A model generated the notes under the pieces. The model made no database searches, had not been told where the DNA came from, and worked only from the letters and a program-made list of their open reading frames with translations. This document shows positions 1 to 9,946 of a stretch of DNA of 56,514 nt, in pieces; the stretch's first letter is position 1; each line of letters starts with the position of its first letter. Source of the stretch: an uncultured Verrucomicrobiota bacterium (lineage in GTDB: Bacteria > Verrucomicrobiota > Verrucomicrobiia > Limisphaerales > J093). The stretch spans positions 1 through 56,514 of the forward strand of contig CAYYMW010000003.1 of assembly GCA_964472515.1 (NCBI GenBank). The letters run 5' to 3'. A program made the position numbers and the translations under genes.

Positions 1-519
1 ACGGTGGCCTTGTTCATGATGCACGGGGCGATTTACGGGCTCATGAAGACGGAGGGGCCGCTCCAGGATAAACTGCGGCGGTGGGTGATCAACACGATCA
101 TCTTCTTCATCATCTGCTACGCGATCACCACCATGGCCACCCTGCTTTATGTGCCGCACATGGCGGCCCGTCTGCGCGCGAATCCATGGCTCTTCAGCAT
201 CGCGCTCCTCAACATGCTGGCCATTGCGAACATCCCCCGGGAGATTCACCTGGGGCGCGAGGCGCGGGCGTTCCTCTCCTCCTGCGTGGCGATGGCCGCG
301 CTGATGGCCCTGTTCGGCCTCGAAATGTATCCGAACCTCGTCTTCAGCAACCCCTCGCCGGAGAACAGCCTGACGATCACAAACGCGGCCTCGTCACAGA
401 AGACCTTGGGGATCATGCTGACCATCGCGATCATCGGCATCCCCATCGTGCTGGCCTACACGATCAGTATCTACACCATCTTCCGCGGCAAGGTGAAGAT
501 GGACCGGATGAGCTACTGA
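1..519 (+). CDS. cydB: Cytochrome bd ubiquinol oxidase subunit II, C-terminal part (5' end outside window)
   Basis: Hydrophobic helices; motifs MHGAIY, MYPNLVFS...SLTITNAASSQKTL and terminal YTISIYTIFRGKV typical of the CydB C-terminus. Confidence 0.9.
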   Translation, partial: TVALFMMHGAIYGLMKTEGPLQDKLRRWVINTIIFFIICYAITTMATLLYVPHMAARLRANPWLFSIALLNMLAIANIPREIHLGREARAFLSSCVAMAALMALFGLEMYPNLVFSNPSPENSLTITNAASSQKTLGIMLTIAIIGIPIVLAYTISIYTIFRGKVKMDRMSY

Positions 520-539
520 CGGGGCAGGAGCGGTAACGG

Positions 540-1649
540 TTACGGCTGAGCCTGCTTCAGGGCCTTGCGGAGGTACGGCTCCAGCCCTTGCGCGTTAAAG
601 TAGAACCCGAGAGAGTTGCAGTGGACGCCGTCCACCAAGCCCTCGGCTTGGTCGCGAGCGAGCATCTTGAGGCCGTCCACGTAGAGGATGCACCGATCCC
701 CACTCCTGGCACGCTGCTTGACCAGGTCTTGCGCGGTTTGGCGTTTGGCCGCCTGCCCCTTGGCAACCGAGGGACTGGTGGCCTCGGACGGAAAGTAGAA
801 GGGCCCCACCACCAGGATGGGAACCTGGGGTTGTTGTTTGCGGATGGTCTCGACAAAGCCCGGCAACGCGGCGGCGTATTGCTCGGCCGATGGATTGGCC
901 CAGAAATCGAGCACCACGCAGGCGGCGTCGATCCCGGCGATGATCTCCGCCAGTTCCGGTTCGCCCAGCCCGTTGCCACTAAAGCCCAGGTTCACGAAAT
1001 CGGTGTTCAGCCGCCGCCCAAGGATCGCCTGGAGGGAGCCCCCCGGATTGGAGGCGCAGCCGCCCTGGGTGATGCTGGAGCCGTAGTACACCACCGGCTT
1101 GGCGTGGGCGAAGGGCGTGGCGGATTCGAGGCGCGCGCCTGCGTCGAGACTGATCTCCCGGATGGTGACCGGTTTGTAGAGGGGCAGGTAGATCGTGATG
1201 TCCTGCATCTGGCGGCTGCCGCCTGTCCCCCACTCGGCGCGAATCTTGCCCGCTTGGTCCGGCCAGGCGCTGGCGATGTATCGTGTCCCGACGTACAGGT
1301 CGAAGCCGTTTTCCCCCACGCTCGCCATGTGGTGCATGTTGGAAAAGGCGGGATTCTCCGCGACCAACCCGACGGTCGCCGAGTCGGTACGAAATCGGAT
1401 GCGCCCGCCGCTGGGGGATTGAGCCAGGTCCCATACCGGCGGCCTGACACGGTCTTTGAACCGTGCCGGCAACCGGCGGAGCACGGGTGAATCCTCCTGG
1501 AACCATGGCAATCCGCAGACCGCCAGCCGTGGGTCAGGCGAGGGGATTATCTGGCGGGTGGGCGGGGCTTCCGTGGCCTCGGCCGCAAAGAGAGCCGGGT
1601 GGACGGTTGCGGCCAGAAGGAGAATGCTGCCAAGGACGGTGGTTTTCAT
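540..1649 (-). CDS. Secreted SGNH/GDSL hydrolase (GxDLY N-terminal domain + Lipase_GDSL_3), likely carbohydrate esterase
   Basis: Signal peptide from MKTTVLG (ATG 1649; ORF track starts 1694); NGFDLY motif, YGSSITQG block I, NLGFSGNG block II, DGVH block V. Confidence 0.85.
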   Translation of the reverse strand: MKTTVLGSILLLAATVHPALFAAEATEAPPTRQIIPSPDPRLAVCGLPWFQEDSPVLRRLPARFKDRVRPPVWDLAQSPSGGRIRFRTDSATVGLVAENPAFSNMHHMASVGENGFDLYVGTRYIASAWPDQAGKIRAEWGTGGSRQMQDITIYLPLYKPVTIREISLDAGARLESATPFAHAKPVVYYGSSITQGGCASNPGGSLQAILGRRLNTDFVNLGFSGNGLGEPELAEIIAGIDAACVVLDFWANPSAEQYAAALPGFVETIRKQQPQVPILVVGPFYFPSEATSPSVAKGQAAKRQTAQDLVKQRARSGDRCILYVDGLKMLARDQAEGLVDGVHCNSLGFYFNAQGLEPYLRKALKQAQP

Positions 1650-1775
1650 AAGCACAACGTTCGTCCGCCAAACCAAACTACCCCGCGCCTTCAACGCGAC
1701 AGGCGCCCAACCCCGACCGGGTGGGCATTACGAGGCCGTCGTTGCCGACGACCAGGGTGATCTCAAGCGCAGCCG

Positions 1776-4181
1776 CTACTTCGCCGCCGCCGTGACAGGC
1801 GTGATCTCATAGGCCACGCCCGCCTTGGTGTTGAATTCCACGAGGGTCGGTTCGACCTGGCGGATGTTCAGCGACGAGGCCCGGCCCTTGGCCGGTTTGA
1901 CGGTGACCGGCACGGCGGTCCGCAGCCGGCACGGGTGGCCGAGGCCGGACTCGATGCGGGCCGAAGCCAGTTGCCCCTGCCGCCAGGTCGCGTCCACGGT
2001 GAAGTCGCCGCGCGCCTTGAGTCCGCTGACGTGCCCGTCGGCCCACGCCTTGGGCAGGGCGGGCAGGAGTTCGACCTCACCGGCGTGGCTTTGCACGAGC
2101 ATCTCGCAGACGGCGGCAGTCCCGCCGAAGTTGCCATCGATCTGGAAGGGAGGATGAAGATCGAAAAGGTTCGGCGCGGTGCTCTTGCGCAGCAGGGCCA
2201 CGAGGTTCTCGTAAGCCTGTTCCGCATCGCCCAGGCGGGCCCAGAAGTTGATAATCCACGCCCGGCTCCACCCGGTGTGACCACCGCCGTTCTTGAGGCG
2301 GCGCTCCAGCGTGACGCGGGCGGCCTTGGCAAACTCCGGTGTGCCACGCGGCGTGATCTCACGGCCCGGGTGCAGTGCGAAGAGGTGGGAGATGTGCCGA
2401 TGCCCCGGCTCGGGTTCATCATAGTCCTCGGACCATTCCATGATCTGACCGTGCTTGCCGATGGCGATCGGGGGCAGGCGCTTCACCGTGGCCCGCAACT
2501 TTTCGCGGTAATCGGCGTCGATGCCCAGCACTTCACTGGCGGCAATGCAGTTGTTGAACAGGTCGCGGATGATCTGCGTGTCCATGGAGGCGCCCATGCA
2601 GAGGTTGCCGACCGTGCCGTCCGGCAGGCGGTAGGAGTTCTCCGGCGAGATGGAGGGGCCGCTGACCAGCCGGCCCTTGGGATCGGGCACCAGGTAGTCG
2701 AGGAAGAACTGGGAGGCCTCCTTCATGATGGGGTAACTGCGCTTGGCGAGGAAGGTCTTGTCGCCGGCGAAGGCGTAATGCTCCCACAGATGCTGGCAGA
2801 GCCAGGCGGCTCCCATCGGCCAGAGTCCGTACTGGGGGCCGTCCCCCGGCACCGTGAAGCCCCAGACATCGGTGATGTGATGGGCCACGAAGCCTCCCGC
2901 GCCGTAGTGGATCTTGGCGGTCTTGCGGCCCGGCTCGCGGAGGGAGTCGGTCAACTCCACCAACGGCAGGGTGCATTCGGAGAGATTCGCCGGTTCCGCC
3001 GGCCAATAGTTCATCTGCAGGTTGATGTTCAGATGGTAGTCGGCATTCCACGGCGGGTTCATCCCCTCGGCCCAGAGGCCTTGCAGGTTGGCGGGGAGAT
3101 CGCCGGGACGCGAACTGGCAATCAGCAGATAGCGGCCGTATTGGAAGTAGAGGGCCAGCAGATGGGGATCGTCTTTCCCGGCCTTGACGGCCGCGAGCCG
3201 TTCGTCGGTGGGCGTGTTGGCGGCCTGGACTCCGCCCAGGTCCAGCGACACCCGGCCGAAGAGCTTCTGGTAATCCTCCACGTGCGCCGCGAGCAGTTCC
3301 TTGTAAGACTTCTTGGCCGCCTTGGCCACATAGTCTTCGGAGGTTTGACCGGCTTCCTGTCCGCCAAAGCTGGTGGCCGCGCCGAGGATCAACACCACGG
3401 ACGTGGCGTCCCGCACTTCGAGTCTCTGGGTCGGCGTAAACATGGTGCCGCCTTGGGGTATGGCCTTGAGCACCACCTGATACTCCTGGCCTTGGCCGCG
3501 ATCCAATTGCCCCTGCATCACCACCCGGTCCGGGTTCCGCGTGGTCGTGATGAACTCCTGCTCGCGGTCCAGCGTGGCGAAGAGATTGAGCGCGCCCGGT
3601 TGGCTGGAGCTGACGCGGATCACGATGACTTGGTCCTGATGGCTGGCGAAGATCTCCCGGGTGTACTCCGTCTGGCCGACCTTGTACTTCACGCGGGCCA
3701 CGCCGGTTTCGAGGTCGAGTTCACGGCGGTAGTCCGTTACCTGCTCATGGCCGGGCAATTGCAGGCGCAGATCGCCCAACGATTGGTAGGGACGAACGTG
3801 CATCGGATTGCCCATGAGCTTCTTCTCCGCCAATTTCATGGCCTCGGCGGGCTTGCCGTCGAACAAGAGCTTGCGTACCTCGGGAAGGGCCTTGAGCGCT
3901 TCCGGGTTGTTGACCTCGCGTGGGCCGCCCGACCAGAGCGTATCCTCGTTGAGTTGGATGCGTTCCTTGGCGGTGCCGCCGAAGATCATGCCGCCCAGAC
4001 GTCCGTTGCCGATGGGCAGCGCCTGCTGCTCCCAGTTGGTGCCCGGTTGGCGGAACCAGATCTTCCATTGGCCGCTGCCGGACGGGTCGCTTTTCGGCGC
4101 TGCGTGGGCGCTGCCGTTCGCGACCGCCAAGGCCGCCAGGAGAAGACTCGAGCACAGGAAATCGGACCAGACACGCTTCAT
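1776..4181 (-). CDS. Glycoside hydrolase family 95 (alpha-L-fucosidase/alpha-L-galactosidase type)
   Basis: Signal peptide from MKRVW (ATG 4181); ALPIGNGRLG, QLNEDTLWSG, YFQYGRYLLIASSR, NLQGLW, YHLNINLQMNYW, HRHISHL, HPPFQIDGNFG. Confidence 0.93.
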   Translation of the reverse strand: MKRVWSDFLCSSLLLAALAVANGSAHAAPKSDPSGSGQWKIWFRQPGTNWEQQALPIGNGRLGGMIFGGTAKERIQLNEDTLWSGGPREVNNPEALKALPEVRKLLFDGKPAEAMKLAEKKLMGNPMHVRPYQSLGDLRLQLPGHEQVTDYRRELDLETGVARVKYKVGQTEYTREIFASHQDQVIVIRVSSSQPGALNLFATLDREQEFITTTRNPDRVVMQGQLDRGQGQEYQVVLKAIPQGGTMFTPTQRLEVRDATSVVLILGAATSFGGQEAGQTSEDYVAKAAKKSYKELLAAHVEDYQKLFGRVSLDLGGVQAANTPTDERLAAVKAGKDDPHLLALYFQYGRYLLIASSRPGDLPANLQGLWAEGMNPPWNADYHLNINLQMNYWPAEPANLSECTLPLVELTDSLREPGRKTAKIHYGAGGFVAHHITDVWGFTVPGDGPQYGLWPMGAAWLCQHLWEHYAFAGDKTFLAKRSYPIMKEASQFFLDYLVPDPKGRLVSGPSISPENSYRLPDGTVGNLCMGASMDTQIIRDLFNNCIAASEVLGIDADYREKLRATVKRLPPIAIGKHGQIMEWSEDYDEPEPGHRHISHLFALHPGREITPRGTPEFAKAARVTLERRLKNGGGHTGWSRAWIINFWARLGDAEQAYENLVALLRKSTAPNLFDLHPPFQIDGNFGGTAAVCEMLVQSHAGEVELLPALPKAWADGHVSGLKARGDFTVDATWRQGQLASARIESGLGHPCRLRTAVPVTVKPAKGRASSLNIRQVEPTLVEFNTKAGVAYEITPVTAAAK

Positions 4182-4188
4182 GGTGGAA

Positions 4189-4217
4189 ACCGTTCCGAAA
4201 TCCGCGCGGGCCGTCAA
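4189..4217 (-). promoter_or_regulatory. Candidate sigma70 promoter of the GH95 gene, leaderless geometry
   Basis: Minus strand TTGACG-N17-AACGGT-N7-ATG(4181); the -10 is a weak match. Confidence 0.35.
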
Positions 4218-4477
4218 GCTTGCAGAGTTCGTCTCCAACCGCCTTCCCCGTCACCCGGTCCACCCAGTCCATCGAGGCCTGGGTTCGGCATCCGTCTTCC
4301 GCCTAGGCTGCACCCGGCGGTATGAACAGGAACCAACACCCACCAAGCGAGGGGCCGCACCCAGGCGCCATCAGGGCCGGCCTTCGATGCGGGTCGATTC
4401 GGATTACCCCGGGAGCAGTTCAGGCTCGCCATCGGCACGCTGCCCGGCATAATCGCCCGCGAACTCGTACAACGCCC

Positions 4478-5503
4478 ATGAAGCTCGAGCGCTACGAAGG
4501 CAATCCGATTCTCTCGCCCACGCCGGACCATCCCTGGGAGGACTTGGCCGTGTTCAATCCCGCGGCCTACTATGACGAGGCCAACGGGGAGGTGCTGCTC
4601 CTCTACCGCGCCGCCGAGTCCGGACCGGAGTACAAGTGCTACTTCGGGCTCGCCAAGAGCAGGGATGGCTACCGCTTCGAGCGGCTCTCGGACCGCCCGG
4701 CAATGGACGTCAGCGTCGAGGGATTCGACGGGGCCACCATCCAGGACCCGCGCATTATCAAGCTGGGGGATTGGTATTACGTGACCTATGCCTGCCGGCA
4801 CTATCCGTTTGGCCAGTTCTGGATTCCCGAGGTGCGGCAGAAGTATCTCAAGCCTCCGTGCCCGCCCGAGTTCCCGCATTACCTGCGTACCAACGCCACG
4901 CTGACCGGCCTGGCCATGACGCAGAACTTCAAGTCGTGGATTCGCGCTGGTTGGCTGACTAACCCCCTGCTCGACGACCGGGATGCCATCCTTTTTCCCG
5001 AGAAGATCAACGGCAAGTTCGTGCTGATCCACCGCCCGCTCGAGTGGATCGGCCCCGAGTACGGCACTGAGCATGCCTGCGCATGGATTGCCTTCAGCGA
5101 CGATCTGATGGGCTTTCCCTTCGCCAAGAGCAAGCAACTCCTGCGCAACCGATTCCCTTGGGAGGTCTACAAGATGGGGGTCAACACCCCACCCATCAAG
5201 ACACCGCACGGCTGGTTTACCCTGTACCATGCGGTGGGGGCGGATAAACACTATCGGTTGGGAGCGGTCTTGCTCGACCTGAATGATCCGAGCGTGGTGC
5301 TGCACCGCACGCCCGACTGGCTGATGGAGCCGGAGAAGGATTACGAGCTCGAAGGGTTCTACCGCGGTGTTTGTTTCCCCTGCGGGACCATTGTGAAGGA
5401 TGGGACCCTCTTTGTTTATTACGGCGGCGGGGATAAAGTCTGCGCGGTGGCTACCTGCAATTTCCAGGCATTGATCGACCATCTCCTTTCCTGTCCGGCC
5501 TGA
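4478..5503 (+). CDS. Glycoside hydrolase family 130 (beta-mannoside phosphorylase/glycosidase, five-bladed propeller)
   Basis: Start MKLERYEGNPIL; AVFNPAA, LLYRA, QDPRI, YYVTY, DRDAILFPEKINGKFVLIHRP, PIKTPHGW, YRLGAVLLDL, VCFPCG, YYGGGD. Confidence 0.88.
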   Translation: MKLERYEGNPILSPTPDHPWEDLAVFNPAAYYDEANGEVLLLYRAAESGPEYKCYFGLAKSRDGYRFERLSDRPAMDVSVEGFDGATIQDPRIIKLGDWYYVTYACRHYPFGQFWIPEVRQKYLKPPCPPEFPHYLRTNATLTGLAMTQNFKSWIRAGWLTNPLLDDRDAILFPEKINGKFVLIHRPLEWIGPEYGTEHACAWIAFSDDLMGFPFAKSKQLLRNRFPWEVYKMGVNTPPIKTPHGWFTLYHAVGADKHYRLGAVLLDLNDPSVVLHRTPDWLMEPEKDYELEGFYRGVCFPCGTIVKDGTLFVYYGGGDKVCAVATCNFQALIDHLLSCPA

Positions 5504-5521
5504 ACCTCCATCCGATTGCCC

Positions 5522-5974
5522 ATGAATAAGTCCGAATGTGCCGTGGCCGCTTTCAAGGCGGGTTTCAACTGCTCGCAGGCGGTCCTCTCCGCCTTCGCCG
5601 ATGAAATCGGGATGAGCCGTGAAGCGGCCCTCCGGGTCGCCACCGGTTTCGGTGGCGGCATGGGCCGTACCGCCGGCACCTGCGGCGCGGTGACGGGCGC
5701 CGTCATGGTCTTGGGCTTGCGCCTCGGCGGCTTTGACCCGTCGGATCGCCAAGTCAAGGAGCAAACCTACGCGGCCGTGCGCGAGTTCCTCCGCCGGTTC
5801 GAGAGCAAGCATGGCCCGGTTCGTTGTGCGGACCTGCTGGGATGCGACATTAGCACGGATGAGGGCCTGGCGGCCGCGCGGTCGGCGGAATTGTTCACCA
5901 AACGTTGCCCGCTCTTTGTGGATGAGGCCGCCAGGATTCTCGGCGAGATGCTGCCTCCCCCGCCCGCTGCCTGA
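5522..5974 (+). CDS. C-GCAxxG-C-C family putative redox/metal-binding protein
   Basis: FNCSQAV, GFGGGMG..GTCGAVTGA, RCADLLG and RCP give the family's Cys pattern. Confidence 0.88.
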   Translation: MNKSECAVAAFKAGFNCSQAVLSAFADEIGMSREAALRVATGFGGGMGRTAGTCGAVTGAVMVLGLRLGGFDPSDRQVKEQTYAAVREFLRRFESKHGPVRCADLLGCDISTDEGLAAARSAELFTKRCPLFVDEAARILGEMLPPPPAA

Positions 5975-5994
5975 ATCCGTTTTCCCTCACGGCT

Positions 5995-7869
5995 ATGACC
6001 ATGCATCCGGTCGATCTGACGATCATCTTCCTGTATTTGGTGCTCATGTCGGTGGTCGGGTGGTGGGTGTCCAAGAAGGCCTCGGAGAGCGCGGAATCCT
6101 ACTTCCTGGCGGGCAAGAGCCTGCCGTGGTGGATCATCGGGGTGGCGCACGGTTCGAGCGGGGTGGACATCACCGGGACCATGTGGTTCGTGATGATGTT
6201 TTTCATCTACGGCGTGAAGGGGGTCTGGCTGCTGTGGGTGTGGCCGCTCTTCAGCGTCATTTTCCGGATGATGTACCTGGGCACGTGGGTGCGGCGCTCG
6301 AACGTGCTGACCGGTGCCGAGTGGATGCGCACGCGCTTCGGGTTTACGCGCGGGGCCGAGCTCGCCTATCTGAGCGTGGTGGTGTACGCGCTGGTCCATG
6401 TGGTGGGGTTCCTTTGCTACGCCTTCCGCGGCATCGCGGAATTCACCAAACCGTTCTTTCCCTGGGATCTCCCTTACGAAGCCTACGGCACCGCCATGCT
6501 GCTGGTGACGGGCATCTACTGCGTGGTGGGCGGCATGTACAGCGTGGTGATGAACGACCTGATCCAGTTCGTCCTTAAGGTGATCGCAGCGGTGGGCATT
6601 GCGGCGATCGCCATCATCTACATCCGCCCGGAGCAGATCATGGCGGCGGTGCCGGCGGGCTGGGACCAACTCTTCTTTGGGTGGAAATTGAACCTCGATT
6701 GGTCGCAGCTCAACCCGGCGCTGCATGAGCGGGTGACGGGGCCGGGAGGTGACGGCTATTCGCTCTTCATGTTCTTTACCGCGATGCTGTTCTTCAAGGG
6801 CGTCCTGGTGAGTATGGCCGGCCCCACGCCGAACTACGCCATCCAGCATGTGCTCTCCACCCGCAGCCCGCGTGAGGCGGCCCTCGAGAACATGATGATG
6901 GCGGTGGTTTCGCTGGCCCCGCGCTTCCTGCTCATCGCCGCGATCGCGGTCCTTGGTATTGTGTTCTTCGGGAACGATCTGGCGCAGTTGGTGGCTGCCA
7001 AGGGCAAAAGTGCCAAGTTCGAGGAGATCCTGCCGCAGGTTCTCAGTCGCAACTACATCCCGGTGGGCTTCAAAGGCATTCTCATCGCGGCGCTACTGGC
7101 GTCGTTCATGAGTACGTTCGTCTCGACCGTCAATTCCGGTGCGGCCTACGTGGTGAACGACATCTACAAGCGTTACCTCAATCCGGACGCCCCGGCCAAG
7201 CGCTTGGTGCGGCTGGGATGGATCACTTCGAGTGTCGTCATCCTGCTGGGCATCCTCTTCGGTTTCCTGACCCAGAACGTGCATGGGATCACCAAGTGGA
7301 TTACCTCCGCGCTGATTCCCGCTTTTGTCATTCCGAACGTCCTGAAATGGCATTGGTGGCGGTTCAACGGTTATGGGTTCTTCGCCGGCATGGTGGGCGG
7401 AACCGCTGGCGCCCTGATCATTCCGGGCTTCTTCAGGGGCGTCCCCGAGGTGTTCGTGTTCCTGATCATCCTCGCTGTCAGCGGCTTGGCCTCCGTGATC
7501 GCTTGCCTTTGCACCAAGCCCGAGCCGGATGAGGTCCTGAAGAGCTTCTACCGCACCGTGCGGCCGTGGGGTTTCTGGAAACCGATCGTTGAGAAATGCC
7601 GGGCGGACGACGCTGGGTTCGAGGGCAACCGTGACTTTGGCCGGGACATGTTCAACGTGGGCGTCGGGTTGGTCTGGCAGACGGCCATGGTCGCCGCGCC
7701 CATCTACCTGGTGATTCAACATTGGAATGAGTTTGCGATTTCCATGGGCGTCTTCAGCGTCACCTCTCTGATTCTGAAGTTCACCTGGTATGACCACCTC
7801 GGCCCGGGCGAGATGTACCTGACCAAGGACGGCCTGCCTGAACCGGTACCGAGCGGGCCACCGCGTTGA
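5995..7869 (+). CDS. Sodium:solute symporter (SSS family), probable oligosaccharide/sugar importer
   Basis: About 14 TM helices; YFLAGKSLPWW, GGMYSVVMNDLIQF, ASFMSTFVSTVNSGAAYVVNDIY; C-terminal FYRTVRPWGFWKP. Confidence 0.9.
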   Translation: MTMHPVDLTIIFLYLVLMSVVGWWVSKKASESAESYFLAGKSLPWWIIGVAHGSSGVDITGTMWFVMMFFIYGVKGVWLLWVWPLFSVIFRMMYLGTWVRRSNVLTGAEWMRTRFGFTRGAELAYLSVVVYALVHVVGFLCYAFRGIAEFTKPFFPWDLPYEAYGTAMLLVTGIYCVVGGMYSVVMNDLIQFVLKVIAAVGIAAIAIIYIRPEQIMAAVPAGWDQLFFGWKLNLDWSQLNPALHERVTGPGGDGYSLFMFFTAMLFFKGVLVSMAGPTPNYAIQHVLSTRSPREAALENMMMAVVSLAPRFLLIAAIAVLGIVFFGNDLAQLVAAKGKSAKFEEILPQVLSRNYIPVGFKGILIAALLASFMSTFVSTVNSGAAYVVNDIYKRYLNPDAPAKRLVRLGWITSSVVILLGILFGFLTQNVHGITKWITSALIPAFVIPNVLKWHWWRFNGYGFFAGMVGGTAGALIIPGFFRGVPEVFVFLIILAVSGLASVIACLCTKPEPDEVLKSFYRTVRPWGFWKPIVEKCRADDAGFEGNRDFGRDMFNVGVGLVWQTAMVAAPIYLVIQHWNEFAISMGVFSVTSLILKFTWYDHLGPGEMYLTKDGLPEPVPSGPPR

Positions 7870-7931
7870 GGGGGAAGCCGGTTGCTCCGGCGAGGTTGAC
7901 ACCCGAGGGCGGCTGCGGCAGGGTCGTGACC

Positions 7932-9746
7932 ATGAACAAAGCCGGGTTCTTGTGGCTCCACCTGGGTTTGGCGGTCTTGTCATGCGGCCCCGCTTGGGCA
8001 CAGCACGGGGGCGGAACGGACTCAGTCCCCTTCTTCCGCGCCACCGCCGCGCAAGGGTTGGCGCAGACCAACCAGCAACTGTCGCTCACCTGCCTCCAAA
8101 ACCTGCGCTCCCTCTGGTTCGCCGGCGCGAAATTCGCCACGGACAATCAAGATGTCTGGCCGGCCAGTTGGGCTGGCTTCACCAACTACATCGGCGACCC
8201 GAAGCTGCTCTACTGCCCCGCCGACACCGGTCATCCGGCTCAGACCAACTGGACGACCGTGGATTTCGACGCCCTCAGTTACGAGCTCGTTTCGCCTGGC
8301 TTCAAGGAAGACGGCTCCGATGCGAGGTTCGCCCGTTGCCGCGTGCACGGCAATTTCGTCGGGATGGGCGGCACGCCGAAACATGCCCGTCCTTACGCGG
8401 CGCAGGTGTTTCCGCTGGCTGCCGAAGGCAGCCTGGTGCCTCCGGCCACCGCCTTGAGCGCGGCCCGCGAGGCCAACGTGTCGCAACGCTGCCTGAATCA
8501 GATTAAACAGATCGGCCTGGCCGCCCGCCTCGCCGCCCTGGACAACCAGGATATCTTGCCCGCCACAATCAGCGAGTTGACCAACACGCTGTATTATCCC
8601 TCCTCGTTGATCTGTCCCGCCGATCCGTTCACCCCTGTGCCGGCGAACTTCGGCGAGGTGGACCTGGCCGCCGTCACCTACGTGATCCTGGCCCCCGGCG
8701 CCAAGGAGAGCGACCCGGTGCAGCCTTGCGCCCGGTGCCGCATCCACGGGCACGTGGTGGATACTTATGGCGCGGCCACGACCGGGACCAACCGCTACCC
8801 GCCCCGCCTCATCGTGGGCCATCCCCTCAGCCAGACCATCGAACCGGACCACCCCGGCACCCTCTCCGTCACTACCGGTGATCCCTCCCTCGGCCCGTTC
8901 CAATACCAGTGGCGGCGGGTGCAGCCCATCGATGCCCAGGGCGAGCCCTTCACCAACACCGTGGTCATCGAAAGCGCGACGAACCAGATCTATGCCATCC
9001 CGGCGGCACAAGCCGCCGACGAAGGGTACTACGACGTCATCGTCCGAGACGCCCAAGGCGGCTACCAACTCAGCGCCATGGCTTACGTGCGCGTGGAACC
9101 GCTTACGAACATGCTTGCGGACCCCGGTTGGGAAACCAACGTCTGCGTCTCGAACTTGCGCCAAATCCGCCTTGCCGCTCGCATGCAGGGCAGCCCTTCC
9201 CGCGCCCACCCGGACACCCTGGACGCCCTGCCGCCCTACCTCGGTTGGCCGCTGGCCCTGTATTGCCCCAGCGATCCGCACTACACGCCGTTGCGTGCTC
9301 TGCCGCCAGATGATCCAGAGCCGACGAATACCCCAGCGCTCAACCTCCCTGCCGAACCGCAGCGTCCGGTGCCCACCGCTTGGGACAAGGTCACCTTCGC
9401 CGACACCAGCTACCTTCTCTGCCAGGGCGTGCCCTACGACGCCACCAACCGCGTCCTGGCCACCTGCAAGATTCACGGCTTTCAGGTCCTACCCGACGGC
9501 ACCGTGAAACTGACGGGCACGCAGCCCTTGGCGCCGCAGTTGACCATTCAGACATCCGGAGCCGGGGCTGAACTCGTCCTCACCGTGCGTGGCGTGGCGG
9601 GCACGAGTTGCCTTATCGAGACCTCGACCGACCTGCGGCAGTGGACGGGCGTGACCACGAACCTCCTGGGCGAGACGGCCCTCCAAGTCACCAACGTCAC
9701 CTGGCAGGCCGAGGGCGGTCGCTACTACCGCGCCTCCGTGCGTTAG
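7932..9746 (+). CDS. Secreted multidomain protein: three pseudopilin-head-like Cys/His repeats + Ig-like domain + C-terminal beta-sandwich ending RYYR
   Basis: Signal peptide MNKAGF...AWA|Q; three repeats CxxN(L/I)xx(L/I)...CP(A/S)D...C(R/K)(V/I)HG; Ig motif QYQW...ADEGYYDVIV. Confidence 0.75.
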   Translation: MNKAGFLWLHLGLAVLSCGPAWAQHGGGTDSVPFFRATAAQGLAQTNQQLSLTCLQNLRSLWFAGAKFATDNQDVWPASWAGFTNYIGDPKLLYCPADTGHPAQTNWTTVDFDALSYELVSPGFKEDGSDARFARCRVHGNFVGMGGTPKHARPYAAQVFPLAAEGSLVPPATALSAAREANVSQRCLNQIKQIGLAARLAALDNQDILPATISELTNTLYYPSSLICPADPFTPVPANFGEVDLAAVTYVILAPGAKESDPVQPCARCRIHGHVVDTYGAATTGTNRYPPRLIVGHPLSQTIEPDHPGTLSVTTGDPSLGPFQYQWRRVQPIDAQGEPFTNTVVIESATNQIYAIPAAQAADEGYYDVIVRDAQGGYQLSAMAYVRVEPLTNMLADPGWETNVCVSNLRQIRLAARMQGSPSRAHPDTLDALPPYLGWPLALYCPSDPHYTPLRALPPDDPEPTNTPALNLPAEPQRPVPTAWDKVTFADTSYLLCQGVPYDATNRVLATCKIHGFQVLPDGTVKLTGTQPLAPQLTIQTSGAGAELVLTVRGVAGTSCLIETSTDLRQWTGVTTNLLGETALQVTNVTWQAEGGRYYRASVR

Positions 9747-9946
9747 GTGGCTTTGCCCCGAACGACCGCCGAAGGCATCGACACCGGTGCGGGGCGGAGA
9801 CGCGGCTCACATGTGAGTTCATGGCGACTCCCATCGTGAGAAGAGACCCGGGCAATCCGATAACCACCGGGGCCGACGCACTTTGGGGAGCGCGTGGAGG
9901 AGGCTTGACGGGAGGGTCGCCTGGCGCAAGGCTGCTCTACCTAGCG

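Noticed and set aside
1935-4325. 796-aa plus-strand ORF
   Set aside because: Antisense shadow of GH95; long open antisense frames are expected at this GC content, and it has no motifs.
4214-5812. 532-aa minus-strand ORF
   Set aside because: Shadow of GH130 and the C-GCAxxG-C-C gene.
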